From: Balanoglossus misakiensis | Taxonomy: Eukaryota; Animalia; Hemichordata | Length of the DNA stretch: 64,000 bases | Reading direction: 5' to 3' | Assembly: GCA_040954595.2 (NCBI GenBank) | Contig: CM082586.2 | Location: forward strand, 3,702,349 to 3,766,348 | Shown: positions 13,250 through 26,590 of the stretch, in pieces | How positions within the stretch are numbered: the stretch's first letter is position 1 | Layout of the letters: each line of letters begins with the position of its first letter | Position numbers and translations under genes: made by a program | The notes under the pieces: model-generated | Database searches by the model: none | The model's input: the letters and a program-made list of their open reading frames with translations, nothing else | Told to the model about the DNA's origin: nothing

Positions 13250-14524
13250 ATGTTCGTGGAGTAAGGTTTGAATTGGTAACAAAGAATGTGTTCCCTGCAA
13301 TATTTAATTATCATCCCTTGCATGGTCGACAAAAATGACGCAAAATGAATTATCTAACGCTGCTCTTAAACCGTTCTGCACCATGATTGCCTTTCAGGGG
13401 TGTTTAACGAGTTTGGGTCGTCATCATTTCCCGCTACACTCAAGAGACACTTCTGGTAATAACTTTATTGAAGAGCTAGACAGGCTTGTACGTGAGTGCA
13501 GCTTTGGAACACTTCGTGATATGATACTGTAGCCGAGACCAGCTCCTGGCACGGGGCCAGCCAGACATTGGCCTACGCCAAAATGTAACTGATTGACTGG
13601 GGCAATTTTGACGGTGTGTGAACACGTCTTGATCATCCAGTTTTGAATATTCGATACAAGCATTAAAATACATGAGAAAATTTGAAATCTGAAATGTCTA
13701 ATATGATCAGCAACCCCTTGTTATTTTACATGATAGTCTATGCACGAACACCGCCCCCACATGCTGATTGTTGTGTTTATCTATCCCCAGTGGAATATCA
13801 AAAGTGGGTTTGGTTTGAAAAGTATACTGTAGCTCAAATAAGCTATTCTTGAACTTTCACATCTCGACGTTTAATCCAACACATACTTTACTTTCATTCA
13901 CTTATTTGTTCTTCATAATTTCCCCTCTCTTTTTCTTTGGGACAGCTAAAATCTCATTCATTCGTAGGCTTACTATAACAGCTGGCATTCACAATTGCTC
14001 CTAACTCTGTTTTAGCGCTTTTGAAGATATAATAGTCTTATAAATCAAGAAAGTGTTCACCCACGCGAACTATTAATTTGACTCAGAGCTGCTTTTGTAA
14101 GAGAATCGAATTTGTTGATAATCAGTAACTGGAGTATACTACTGCTCAAATTGGACCCGTTTTCTTGCAAATATCAAGGGTGACTCGTGCGAGCAAACTG
14201 CAATGTCTTTGCTACTAAAAACGTTTCGGACATTTCAGTGCATGGAAGACTTCTTTGGAAATGCTCGGTTCAAGTCAGTGGTACTCGTTTCAATGTTCCT
14301 TAATCAGAACTAAATGTGCCCGTGGGCGTGTGGGATCTTTAGAACATTAGAAGAATTTAGGCTTTGCGGATGGATTCGGATAGAAACATGATGACGGAGA
14401 GATACGCTTATTATTGGAGTTAAAAAGCGAAATGTTACAAATAGACACACGGATGTGGTTAATATAAGAGAGATGTCGGCCTCGTTGGACAAATACACGT
14501 TCATGGACACGTTTCAAGCAACAG
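13250..14524 (+). other. Candidate spliced transcript containing only short ORFs (exon ending at 13260; exon 14308-14524)
   Basis: gccATG at 13250, donor GGA|GTAAGG at 13261, acceptor ttccttaatcAG at 14306-14307, donor ACAG|GTAAGG at 14525. The spliced ORF is only MFVELNVPVGVWDL*. Confidence 0.3.
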
Positions 14525-17500
14525 GTAAGGTACAAGGAAAACTAACCTGAAATACATGTCAGTTCCAACGTGTGTGACCGGTCTGGCTACAGAGGTGAAC
14601 TGACCAATTTTATGCACAATGTCCTTTTATATCAGCAATTACATCATAGTGCCAGATTAGCTTGTGTTCATTGGTCAAATGAAACTTCCAGGTGGTTTGC
14701 ATATAATTACGATCAACCAATTGAAGGTAAGTACTATTACGTCACATGAATAATTGAATAACTAATTACTGCAGAATACAGGTATAACATACATACAGAT
14801 ATACATATAAATTCAATGGATCAACGAGGCCGTTACAAATATAAGCGGTGAAAATTGTCACAGATGCGAGAAATTGATGCTAAGCTAAATAGCCGATTTG
14901 ATGTAAACTGTACCTGCGAATGACGTAATAAATTTTCGAAACGTTTGTGCTTAATGTTACAATACTTAAGACGAGGTTTCCCTGGCCTACTTTTGGGTTT
15001 TGAAATACCGTTCCCTTCCCTCCTATCGTCCCAACCTCCTTACTTAAGCGTCAAGTAGTGCACGAAATGAAAGTTAAAGTGAAGAAAACATTCCCCCAAG
15101 GTCAAAAACGCAGAGTTGTGCAAGTGTCGTGTTCGTAACTGCATGACAGCACTTCACTCACAGTTGACGTCCGCGATCAAAGTGTAGTGTGCGCCTGGGG
15201 GGATGGGAAACTTTCGAGAAAGTCACCCATCTCATCCCATCCCATCTTCAAGTCGTTGGTGTTTTTTTCTAGCAGTGCAAGGGTCTTAATGAGTAAGTGT
15301 CGTCTACAGAGCCTTGGCTGTTGATTAAAAAGCGACAATTAAAATCAACATGATGATGCATGACACACCTGAACCCGGAGAAATTATAGGCTAGGTGTCT
15401 ATAGAGGATACGGTATTTTCCTATTAAGCTCTATAGAATGCCATTTCAGATTATACATCCAAGATAGAGATGCGTTCCCTTCTGAAACCCGCGTGTGCTT
15501 GGATAGATTATTTACATGCAAAGAAGATCACTATTTATTCTCATCAATTAGCCATCCTGCATTGACCTACAAAATCTGCGTGGGATACGATGAGGTAGAT
15601 AAGTGCTATATCTTTAAATGCTACATCCCGGAAATCTAAGGTTAGATAAATGTTAGTTGCGTGAACGGCGACGTTTGATCCATCTCCATAACTCATACGC
15701 CATTCCGTTCTACATATGACGCGTAACAAGCTTTGAGCTGTTGGGCAATATACCACAGACTCTCTTTGTTGGCAATGCTCACTAACATCGAGGTCGTCTT
15801 CAAGAGTAAACCGGGTCCGAAATCCAGAGACCGACTATTAGCAAGTCCGTACAGTCACTCTCTCTGTATCCCATCCAACCTCGGTGTGCCTACATTGGAT
15901 ACTTACAGGCATATGGGATTAAATATCAGTTGGCTACAAGTTCCCAAAAGACACTCAGTGTTTCTGAAGAGTGTGTTTCAATTAGTCGAAGAGCTATTAT
16001 CACCAACTAAATTGCCTAGGGAGATTAAGTTTTGAGTAGGATTCTTTAGAATGAATACTCTTGCCATTCGATGAAATTTTAATTAATTCTTTCCATTTTC
16101 CCCCGATGCATTTAGTAAAATGCATTGAATATAATGCATTTCAAAAACACTGAGTAATGCATTTCCGACAAGATGCAATCTAGTCTTCTGGTACCATTAC
16201 CTCTGCCATAAATTTCCATTATCTATAATCTTTGGCTATTTTTGTATTTTTTTGTTCCGTATATCAATAGAAGTTTTTTGTTTGACTGCTCAAAGAATAA
16301 CGAAATGCCCATTATTTAGCTAATTGATTTTGTTGTGTTGTGATGGGATTACTAGTATACGTTTTAAGCAAAATATCATTTTGGTGTAATTCAGTGGCAA
16401 GGAAATCAACAGCCCGCGTTTAAGGATACAGACTTCGCCATGACCTTCAAATGCCATTTATGATGACAAAGTCACACACGTCTTCAGGGAAGGATTACTG
16501 ATGTCTCATCGGGACAAGACCCGCGGATTCACGACTTTGATGAGAGACCGAGATACACAATACGACATTGTCATACGAGGGACGCGCTTTCAGGCACATA
16601 TTAAGGAAGTTTGGGCGCGATTATAATCGTGGCATTACGCATGAAAATCGGAGCTGTCAGACTATTCAGGCGAACTTTGGTAAAATATTACATGCAGCGT
16701 TGGAGGACGCCTTGTTATCCACTATCAGACTACAGAAATAATGGTCTCTGAAATAGATGTGACATTTTATGATGAATATTTAACGAACTCGAAAGAACGA
16801 TGAATTCAACCGGATGACGTACTTTAAGCAAAACAAGTTCTTTTGAAGTTACCGGCTGAGAGGCGTTATATACGAGCACTTGATAAGAAGAATCAACATT
16901 TATCTTTTGTGTGGATGTTTATTTTCCCTTCCAGAATGCAGGTTTTGGAGTTTTGGGGCGTCTGGTATTAAAAGACACGACAGAAAGATCTTCGTACCTG
17001 AAAATTTGTTCGATGTTGCTTGCCAGTTGACGAATGTCTAACCCAAGATATCCGCCCGTTTGGTTCAGAGATGACAAACTATACAGTGATGCGTAATCTC
17101 CGACCGGGGGCGTAATAAGAAGCAATTCAGTGCATGAAATGAAATAGGATTGTCGCAAATACGTCTACCGGAGCCATACGCGTCATATAGGCGGGGTAAA
17201 TACAATACCTTGGCGATGTGACTGTTATCAAGTTAATGTTGCATTTCCTGTCTTCATACACGCTCTGCACAAATTGGTGTTGGAATCGGAAGCTTGGCAA
17301 TTGACGTTTGCCCCCCCCCCCCCCAAACATAGTTATTTCGTTAACCAACTGGCATCACGTGACTCGAACGGGTCGCTGCCTAAGACGTTTACATTCAAAT
17401 TTGTCTGGGAGTTAAATTACTCTGTATCTGCCCTCGTACAATAAATTAGATAAAACTGCGTGACGTTCAATAAACAACTTTAACCATCACACCATGATTC

Positions 17501-18499
17501 TGTGTTTTCAGATTTTTTACTTACGGGTGGGTATAGGCCGGATATTTATTTTATTCTTATTTTTTTATTTCCTAATGCACGTCTTGATAGTATCCAAACA
17601 TGAATGATGCTGCGATCAGTTCTTTCGAAACATTCAATGAGACGATGACGTCATTATACCTGTCTGTCATATCAGTCTTTAGAACTCGGTTGATTTTGAA
17701 ATTTTTCAATAAACTTTGACATTTTTCGCTTCCACGGTCAGTATTTGGCTCTAAACGTTTGTGGTCGACAGCAGATAAAAAGCAGACTCCAATTTGAACA
17801 ACAAGACGAAATTTATGGGCTATAAACAGAATGATTACAATGAAAAGGTACTGGCTATTTTTACAGGAGTGTAATATGCAAAGGCAGCATAAAACTGCCG
17901 AAAACATGTGACGTTTACTTATTTATTAATTAGAGGCGTGTCCTCGAAAGCTCTTGCGAAATACCAGTCGAAGGGTCACGGATCCCTTCGAGAATATATG
18001 TTCATGAGACGAGATCAGAGGTTGCAGATGTTCTTCTCATTTGCATAAACCCCCTCCAAACAATGGTCACATTCTGGACGTTGGTGCATATTGGTTCAGG
18101 CTGTGCATTTTCGACGGCGCCCGTATAATCATATCACACAAACTCTCCATCGCGCTTATAAAACTACAGCCTTTACCCAGGCTGTGTTTGCTGAATTTCT
18201 TTAGTGATGATTTTATATCATCCCTGCGATGCCCCAATGTCTGAAGAGCTGTGACTCAAACAGCTTGACCTATAGTCACAAGCTGTTTATTGACGACATA
18301 CACGAGAATAGATTCTCGGATGTAACTGTCGATTTGTCGGTGGTCTCACGACGTAATCCCTCGGCAATCAAACTAAACTCTTCTGTGTAATGAATTCTGC
18401 TCGGGGATTCAAGAAGAACACCCCGAAAACCGATCACCCAGTGGAACAACTACAATAATTATCAGACCCGCCGATGACGCATCGGACATCCGGGCTTTC

Positions 18500-18587
18500 T
18501 GACATCATGGATCGCGGCTATAAGGGTCCACAGTCGTCTCCTCATCGCAAGAGCCGCGGTAACGATCAGAATTATTTCGCCTTCCGA
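18500..18587 (+). promoter_or_regulatory. CRE-like + TATA promoter with a short non-coding first exon (downstream gene not identified)
   Basis: TGACATCA at 18500-18507, TATAAG at 18519-18524, donor CGA|GTGAGT at 18588. Confidence 0.4.
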
Positions 18588-18828
18588 GTGAGTAAATACG
18601 ATAGCTGGCATCAAGATTGAAGTCTGACGTAGTTTGGGTTTATCTTTGACTGGGATTCTGGTCCACTAATCGGACGAATTATTCGCCACTTAAACCTAAT
18701 AGAAAATCATTCTTTTGACACTCAATAATTCAGCTTCATGTCAATCAAGGCGCCATAGTGATTTCATCCTTGAACCGGCGTTTAACTGTTAAGCAGCAAA
18801 GAGCGCCTTGGCATTGACAGTGATGTCG

Positions 18829-18950
18829 TTAAGGTAGCATTGCCTCGAAAATCAAAGTCTTCATTTTCTTGAATTTTGCTCAAAACAACTTAGGATTATT
18901 TTCTCTTCAAACTGAGATAAAAATTTTGGGTCACTGGGCATTCTTATCCT
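18829..18950 (+). mobile_element. End fragment of a TTAA-GGTAG-terminated non-autonomous DNA transposon
   Basis: ttaaggtagcattgcctcgaaaatcaaag closely matches ttaaggtagtacgcgcctcaaaaatcaaag at 26550. Confidence 0.5.
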
Positions 18951-21900
18951 AAGAATGACTGATAGGATTTTAATAAAATTTGTTTTGAATGCCAAGAAAT
19001 GTTTACTTCCTAATGCATGCATGTTGCTTAATTAATTAATTAATGTTAATTTGCATAATAACTAGTTTCAGCAAAGTAACATATCTGTTGATTGACTGAC
19101 TGAATTAACCTGGAATTAATAATCTAGTTCAACAGTATAACTTCTACAACCAAATTCTGTTTGGTTAGGCTAGCGTGACTCATAAATAATTATAGTTTGC
19201 ATACTTAGTTATTTGAGCAAAGTTACCTGTATCTCAGGAATGCGTCACAGTCATGCGATTTACCTAAAAACTGACACAACAAAGTACGGGCACCCGATAG
19301 GCTAATTAATTATTTTGCCAAAAAGACCATCTCAAACGTAATAAAGATACCGAATATATAAATATATAATAAGCGTTACTTTTGTGACAGATGTAATATA
19401 CATACGCTGATATATATTTCAAATACTATACAGGTACTCGATTTCAGACGGCGACAGTCGGATAAGTACATGAAAGGTTCACGTTATTGTTGAAACTTTC
19501 CTGCCTCATAAACTTTTTGAAGGTGACATACATACTCATCAAAAAGAAGAAAGTGGGTTGATACTTCACATCCCACCAGTCAAATACACAGTCACCTTCA
19601 AATAAAGCTGACAATAATTGATTTTTAATAGGCAGGAATACCATTTAGACAACATGTTATACGAAACCTACGCGACACAGGGCGTTGCTATGCACATTTC
19701 GAATAACATCATTAACTCCATGATATTGCTTTTTAAATTCAAGAATCGCCTGTCACCTGGAAATATTATCTGATGTATAGAAATCCCTTCCAAACAACCG
19801 CTTATTGCTGGGCTTGCCAGAATTGAGCGATGTGGGCTTTTGATCCAAGACTTGATAAAATAATTACAAAAAATTAAAATATAATGAACGGACACCCACG
19901 CACTGACGCAAAGATGATTTATAGATTTGGTTAAGTTGGCGATGTTTGCGCGCACGTTTTGTGGCATCATGCAGTGACGGTTATGATTCTAATACACATC
20001 TCGGAATGAATTGGCGGCCTGCCGACCATACCATTAACGGGGTGGGGGTCACTCGAACGATCATGCTCCTCCTTCACGGAAAACAATCGCACCGCTGAAA
20101 ATCACATGCACACAAATTTGCACAGAAAAGTACGTGGATGAAATCAATGGTGTTCTTCCCACCCAGGGCCTATGATTCGGGAGAAAACGTACGCAAGACA
20201 ACACAGAAAATCAACTTTTTCGATGAATATGAATCGAAGTGTCGAAGTGGTACTTATACATAGGAAGACATTAGTACATTGTAAACGCTGCATATTGTAT
20301 TGCAACCCGCCCATTGAACTTTTTGCCGAGTCATCCAAGGTACAAATGCGTTTGAGCTACAATAAACGAATGCAACACGCTGACACAACACGTAATTTGC
20401 TAAAGGATTTGTAAGCTCTACTTTTGAGAAATGTTAACAGTTTTTGAATGAGACAAACCCCAAATAAATGAGCGCATGTTTTACATACACAATTTTTCCA
20501 TGTGTTACGTGGTACACATCGAACATTTGGGATACTTTATCCTTCACCAAATCACATAGCACATTTTTCACTTCGACACGCAAACAGAAGTTTCAAAGTT
20601 GCTTCAATCTATTATACAGAGGTCGCGCTATCAAGTTTCAAAAGCAAATTTCTCTGATTAGAATACGCTTGGTGCATGCACGAAGCCCAATATCATTAGA
20701 CGGGATATGTGATCAGGGAAAAGAAGTTGACTGATATCAAATGTTTGTCCATACCTGATATAAGCGCACTATGTTATACTGGTCTTATTCGAGGCGGTCG
20801 ACACAACTTGAACGCACCAACTGTTCGAAGAATCACCTTGTGGCAATTCTGTACGGAAAAACGTCCCAAACAACTCTTCACTGACGCCACTCAGACAGAA
20901 GTCAAGACATTTATAGCCTGCGAGTGAGGGGGCGTTTTGCGGCCGGGGAAACGGCATAATTTATTCGACTTGAGACGGATTCATTAAGTGCATTCGTACT
21001 TGCTTCGTTCTTATGATTTCTCTTGATTGAAATATAATGTGATGTCATCATTGGGGGTAGCGAAAACCAACGCCTGCTCAAGATATGCTTGTATAATTTG
21101 CCAAGTGAAACAATGTAACCAATTTCCTGTTTTGCAAATTTCATCGTATGGATGAAATTTGTATTAACTTGAACATTGTGCATGTTCGTCGTGGTTATGT
21201 ATGTTATTATCGTTTGATCAATATGTTTTTGAGACGAAAAGATTTGTACCAATAAGATTGTCTATTCACTGCTTATACACATCCATATTAGGTGAAAGAA
21301 GCTGTCGGGAGAATTCGCTATCACTTCGGATGTTCGGTTCATCGTTGACATACTGACACACATTCTAGCTTGAGAGTGATAGGCGCTGTTCACTTAATGA
21401 CTGTAGCCAAGGATTGAGTCAACACAACGCAATTCAAAAATTCCCCTAGGCAAAATGACGGAGGGGTGACTTGTATATCCTAGCCATCACTTGATGTATA
21501 TGTTTCACTCACGCGTAACCATGGTAAAAGTGGTGTCTCATGTTTCCACCGAGGTTCGTTTTCTCATAACTATACTTGTCACCACAGTATGTTCGTCTTG
21601 CCTAAAGGCTTTCCGTATTACCAAAACGTGAAGCAACGCTTGTGCTATGATAGAGACTACCTTATACCCATCTTCATTTTGAATAATGGGAAGCGAGGGG
21701 ATCGTATAAACGACTGTAGAGGAAAATCGCCAGCAAACGTTTTGCCTTGTACAAAACGCCGTCGAACCATCCACTATCTCCGTCACCCATAAACACAAAG
21801 CGCGCAGTATAATTACTTTATTTCCCTAGTAAGCACTCTGTATTCCAATCGATAGATTCATGGGTTGACACACTCCCTCTCTTGCCGCCGCAAACTCTTC

Positions 21901-22770
21901 CTGCAATCAATATTCTACCGATAGTATTCGGATTCATCCTAACCATCGAAGTGTAACTTAGCCTGTCTGTATAACACTGCTCTAAGGTGGCAATGCGCAG
22001 AAACTTCCGGTGTAAACGGTAAAGCAATTACTCTCTGGATCTTTCGTATCTTTTAATTTGAAAGCCGGGCCATATCGACCGGAAAAGTAAGAACATCCTG
22101 TCCACCAACCGTGCTTTTCGCTCCCTCTTACCACATTTACCGTCTCCAAGGACGTTTGGCAGCAAATGAAGGTACAGTGCCTAAATGGCGACGCCGTAAG
22201 CTACTTCAATAACTTTGGAAGACAATGGTTTGGATTACATCCAAGAAACGGAGACGCAATCTTTGAAAACTTTGTTTGCTATTATACCGTAGGCATTTCC
22301 GTTCTTAATTTTCATGCCCTACTTAGTTGGATATCTGTATTTTTGAAAATCATCTAGTCATCTTTCTGTAGTCTTCAAAAACGACATCATTATATAAAGG
22401 AGAACAGTTATGTTCCCACTGTTCAGGGAGAACCTGCCAATCATTACATGTGTTATCAAAGTAAACTGGAAATGTGATAAAAAGTAACGACGAATTGTTT
22501 GCCATGAAATACCTGTATAGTTTAAAGTAACAGCCACGTTGTTTGCAATCAGTATACGTACATTGTAGCAGATACAGTTTGCGCCAACTGTGACTCGATA
22601 GCAATTGTGCGGGTATGGGGCCAATTTCCACAGCCGCACCCTTTGAGTTGCGATTTAAGCGCCATTTATCTGGGCATGATATCGTGCTGCAGTTTCCTCG
22701 TTATATTTTCAGTCAATTCTGTCTGCCTCTTGTTTCGCAGATTCGCACAGTATACCAACAAGGGTTTTTG

Positions 22771-22788
22771 GCGCCACCTAGGGGGCAG
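22771..22788. promoter_or_regulatory. CTCF-like motif
   Basis: gcgccacctagggggcag; the reverse complement CCCCTAGGTGGCGC fits the CTCF core consensus. Confidence 0.35.
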
Positions 22789-23924
22789 ACGAAAATGGTC
22801 GAAGTGTTACCACTGCAAAGTAGAAGCCAGCTGTGAAATATTATGTGTACACAACAACACAGTATGTTGCCGTCGATTACAATAGCTGGAAATTGTACCA
22901 AAGTCACACAAAATCACTCGGTATCCCAACGTCGAGCTGAGTTAATCACCAACCTATTTGTTTAAAAGGGTGTGATAGAGAGTAGCGGAAGCATTGGGAA
23001 TGATACAATGCTGAATTCTAACCCAAGGGCATTATTATCAACGGTATCGCTCCATCGGAAGTAATTTAACATTTCGACCCTGCGCGTTTTCGAATCAACG
23101 GAGCGTAAATCATAGAGAAGTCGAAAACCAACTGTAACAGCTAGGCTATACATTTTCTCACAAAAACAAGATGCTGGGCATCTTATAAAAAAACAGATAT
23201 AAGGTATATTTCACATTTGTACTGTCACAGTGAAAAGTTTTATCAGTTGGTGCAGAGACTATATAGTGTCTGCATGAACAACACATTGAATATGCAAATT
23301 AGATATTGTTGCATGAGTAGCCAGCCTGTGAGGAGCCAAGGGAATGCCGCCGTTTGAGGCATTCACAAAGGATGGTACTCTCTGACCGAATTATTGATAG
23401 TGGCCAAGCCCAGTGGACTTGCGTGAAAGTTTCAGGTTATCTCAGAATTAAGTAAACCTAGCGTGTATATGGCGGTCAGTGACACCAGTAAGCCACTAGC
23501 TTCGGGGCAAAATTAGAGAGCCGATGGAACAACATTTCCATCTTAACTCTGTCGACACCATTATTAACACCAGTAAGCGACACGCACGTCATTTCCGCTG
23601 GTACCGGATATGGTCATGGCCATACATTGACATTTACGGTTGGTATTGGCAGAGCTCTAACACATTACCTAGATTTGCAAACCCAGGGTATATAATAAGT
23701 CGTGTCAAGATTCATCAGTGAAAAATTATTATCCAAAAATAATACAATATAATCAATGTCTAGGTATATCGTGTTAAACGTCACAACATTTACTTTCAAC
23801 TCTGCCCCTATTCTAGTTACTTGACTTGTTTTACCTGACTATCAACCCATTGCTTCAGCAATTAACTAAGTCTTGCGAGATCTCGCAATGAGCAGAACAT
23901 GATACATTCCAACTGCATTCACAG

Positions 23925-24121
23925 ACGTGAAACAAGAAATGCACAATCTAGCTCACGATGTCCTTGTCTGAGACATCATGAAAAGTAGCCAAGACAGGAG
24001 ATGTGATAGATTAGTTTCTTGTCCGCCTTTTCTTAGCTCAACCAAGGCAGACATAGGCAAGAAAAGACAGAAGACTTGGCTAAAAGACACAGAGAGATCT
24101 GGAAGTGATCAAACTGTCTAA
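23925..24121 (+). pseudogene. Possible decayed neuropeptide-precursor exon (RR-C-x5-C...GKKR) with an in-frame TGA
   Basis: After acceptor cattcacAG: (D)VKQEMHNLAHDVLV*DIMKSSQDRR-CDRLVSCPPFLSSTKADI-GKKR-QKTWLKDTERSGSDQTV*. No signal-peptide exon found. Confidence 0.2.
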
Positions 24122-25974
24122 CGATAGCCAAGGGGCATTTTACTGCAGTGGGCTTTAACGACGTCACTGTTTCATCCCAGACGCGCGTTCTTCTAAGAGG
24201 CCTCTGCCGGAATTATTATGGAACTATTTAAATCCAATATCATTTAGATATATATAAATAATATAACAATACCCAATAAGTAATGAAAATTTACTCAACA
24301 TTTAATTCTGACCGATACAAGTAATAACGTGAATTATGTTCTTTTAAGACTTTCGCTGTCTGATACTAAATATTTGATGCCGTTGGATATAGGAGAAAAT
24401 TGTCGTGTAATAGGCTTACAACGTGAGTACGTCTTTCGACGTGCACTGCTGTTCGCTTTAAAAAATGAACTACAGTTCAAGAGGCTTAGCAGACTGCTTA
24501 CTGAAATATCCGTGTACTTTTGAGAGAAAGGTTACCTGACCAAGTTTTTTGAGAAATCTATACTTTTCGATCACTTTCTATGGTCATGTATTTTACAAGC
24601 TGTGAAATTTGCATATATCAATCAGCCCCATATCTATCGCCATGGATAGACTTTACATGTATATCAATCCTGTAAACCATTATATTCTAATGCAGAGTTC
24701 CTGAGCATTGAGATTAATAATATGATACGTTTCTCGCCAGATCTCGACAAGAAGATGTGAGAGGCGTGTTTCAGTATATCGCCATTGAAAAAAAGTCCCA
24801 TTTCCGGTATCCAAGTAACTTGAGAAATTTGAACGGAATTTTTCGGCAGACGGCTCAGGGAATATAACATTTTTTTGGTCACGACCAGTATGCAATACCC
24901 GATAATTGAAATGTCTGGTCTCGTCTTCTATCGTACGGTCTCGTGCACCATTCGCATTCTGGGGCCCGAGGATACAGTGATTCGTATCTCACCATCGACT
25001 CACTGTAGCTGGTTTCCATTATATGTGATTCTTCGCGAAAGAATCCCTTCGGTGAAAACGATTAATTTGCCAACAGATAAAATCAACATCTTCCACCGGT
25101 GTCTGCGTATACGCAAGACTTAACATGTATATAATAAGTTCTTCCATTACTTTTGTGACCAATCACCATACAATGATCACGAAGGAGTCTTCGTTGGGAA
25201 TGAATATTGTCAATAGTTTGTATAATTTAATCAGCTCATGTATGTATCCCTTCTCCTATCGATAAAGTCTAGGAAATTACATTTGCCATCTCTAAAAGTT
25301 GTGTAATTCATGACCCGTTTCAAATTCACCAAAATAGGCATCAATATATAGAAATAGCGTTACATGACACTTAGCTCCCATTTAGACATGGATAAGTGAC
25401 GTATATGTGACCCACATACTAACCTACTGCTTACATGAACCTATTCTTTTTTGTAGGCACAGAATATAACATTTAAATACTTCCATAAGATAACTTTTGT
25501 CAACACTGTAATTATGTTATGGAAGCATTCGTATGTCTTGTCAGTCCACTGTGTGTAGCTGTAACAATCAATGATTCACTTCAGTCACAAGGGAAAGGTA
25601 AGTAGCTTAGATTTATGAACCTTGCGCTGGAAATAATCCGCTTATCATACTGAGCTAACTCCCCAAGTGGAACGACAGTAGTGTCTTTCTACAGATAATC
25701 ATCAATATGTAACAGGCGTACTGTTCATTCATTCATTGATTCGCTGCAAAGTAATTGCAATGCCTTGACCGATTCACATAGGATTTCCACTAATTTCAAC
25801 AAACAAAGCCTGGTATTTTGTTTTGCGTCAAAGACGCCGTGTAAAGTGTTTACCGCTCCCTTAAGCGTGTACGCGTTGGCGTACGAAGTTGCAGACATTA
25901 TGAAAATATGGGTTTCCTATGACTTATCATTTGTGCGTTCCCGGAGAGCAAAATTGTCTAATGTCTATGTTATA

Positions 25975-26095
25975 TGTATGGAGAAAATTTAAAATCGTGA
26001 TTTTTATTAAAACAAGATGATAAACATCATGTTTCTTCTTTTAGTATAATACTTGAAAGGTTTGTATATGTCCCCCGAGGCGCGTTCTACCTTAA
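25975..26095 (+). mobile_element. Right-end fragment of the TTAA-GGTAG transposon family
   Basis: gaggcgcgttctaccttaa (26077-26095) is the near-perfect reverse complement of ttaaggtagtacgcgcctc (26550-26568). The left boundary is approximate. Confidence 0.5.
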
Positions 26096-26549
26096 CTGTG
26101 ACTCAGATGATAGCCTATGTACATTGTCTGACCTAACACTCCCCCAGCTGTTCAATCAATCTCCCTGATGTATTCTGTCCGACACAGTTTTGAATCACAT
26201 ATCTACGAATGAGACGTGCTTGTTTTGGCGTCAGATAAGGATTGCTTTGAGTCTTCCTTCGTAAGCATCTTTTTTCACTTCATTGTGATATACGGCGTTG
26301 TTTGCGAAATTTATGTCATTTCCTCGAATAGGGCAAGTAAAAAAACAAGTCGTGTGCTTCAGATAAAATATTTTCCCAAAATAGGTTAGGTGCGTAGGAA
26401 AAGTTATCTTGTATCTTTTCATTCGCGGAAGCACGTCTTGAAGGCATCCACAATATTGATTGCCTGTAACCAGATCTTTCCTGACACCTAATACAACATT
26501 GATCTTATAGGCTTAGGCCTACCCCTGAATAAAATGTCGCACTACACGC

Positions 26550-26590
26550 TTAAGGTAGTACGCGCCTCAAAAATCAAAGACCTAAATTCA
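26550..26590 (+). mobile_element. Left-end fragment of the TTAA-GGTAG transposon family
   Basis: Shares its terminus with 18829 and, inverted, with 26077-26095. Confidence 0.5.

Noticed and set aside
22607-22907. Cys-rich overlapping ORFs
   Set aside because: No real start or splice context, and the Cys spacing matches no domain I recognise.
26077-26568. Inverted pair gaggcgcgttctaccttaa / ttaaggtagtacgcgcctc as one element
   Set aside because: The termini face away from each other, so they are ends of two separate copies and not one MITE.
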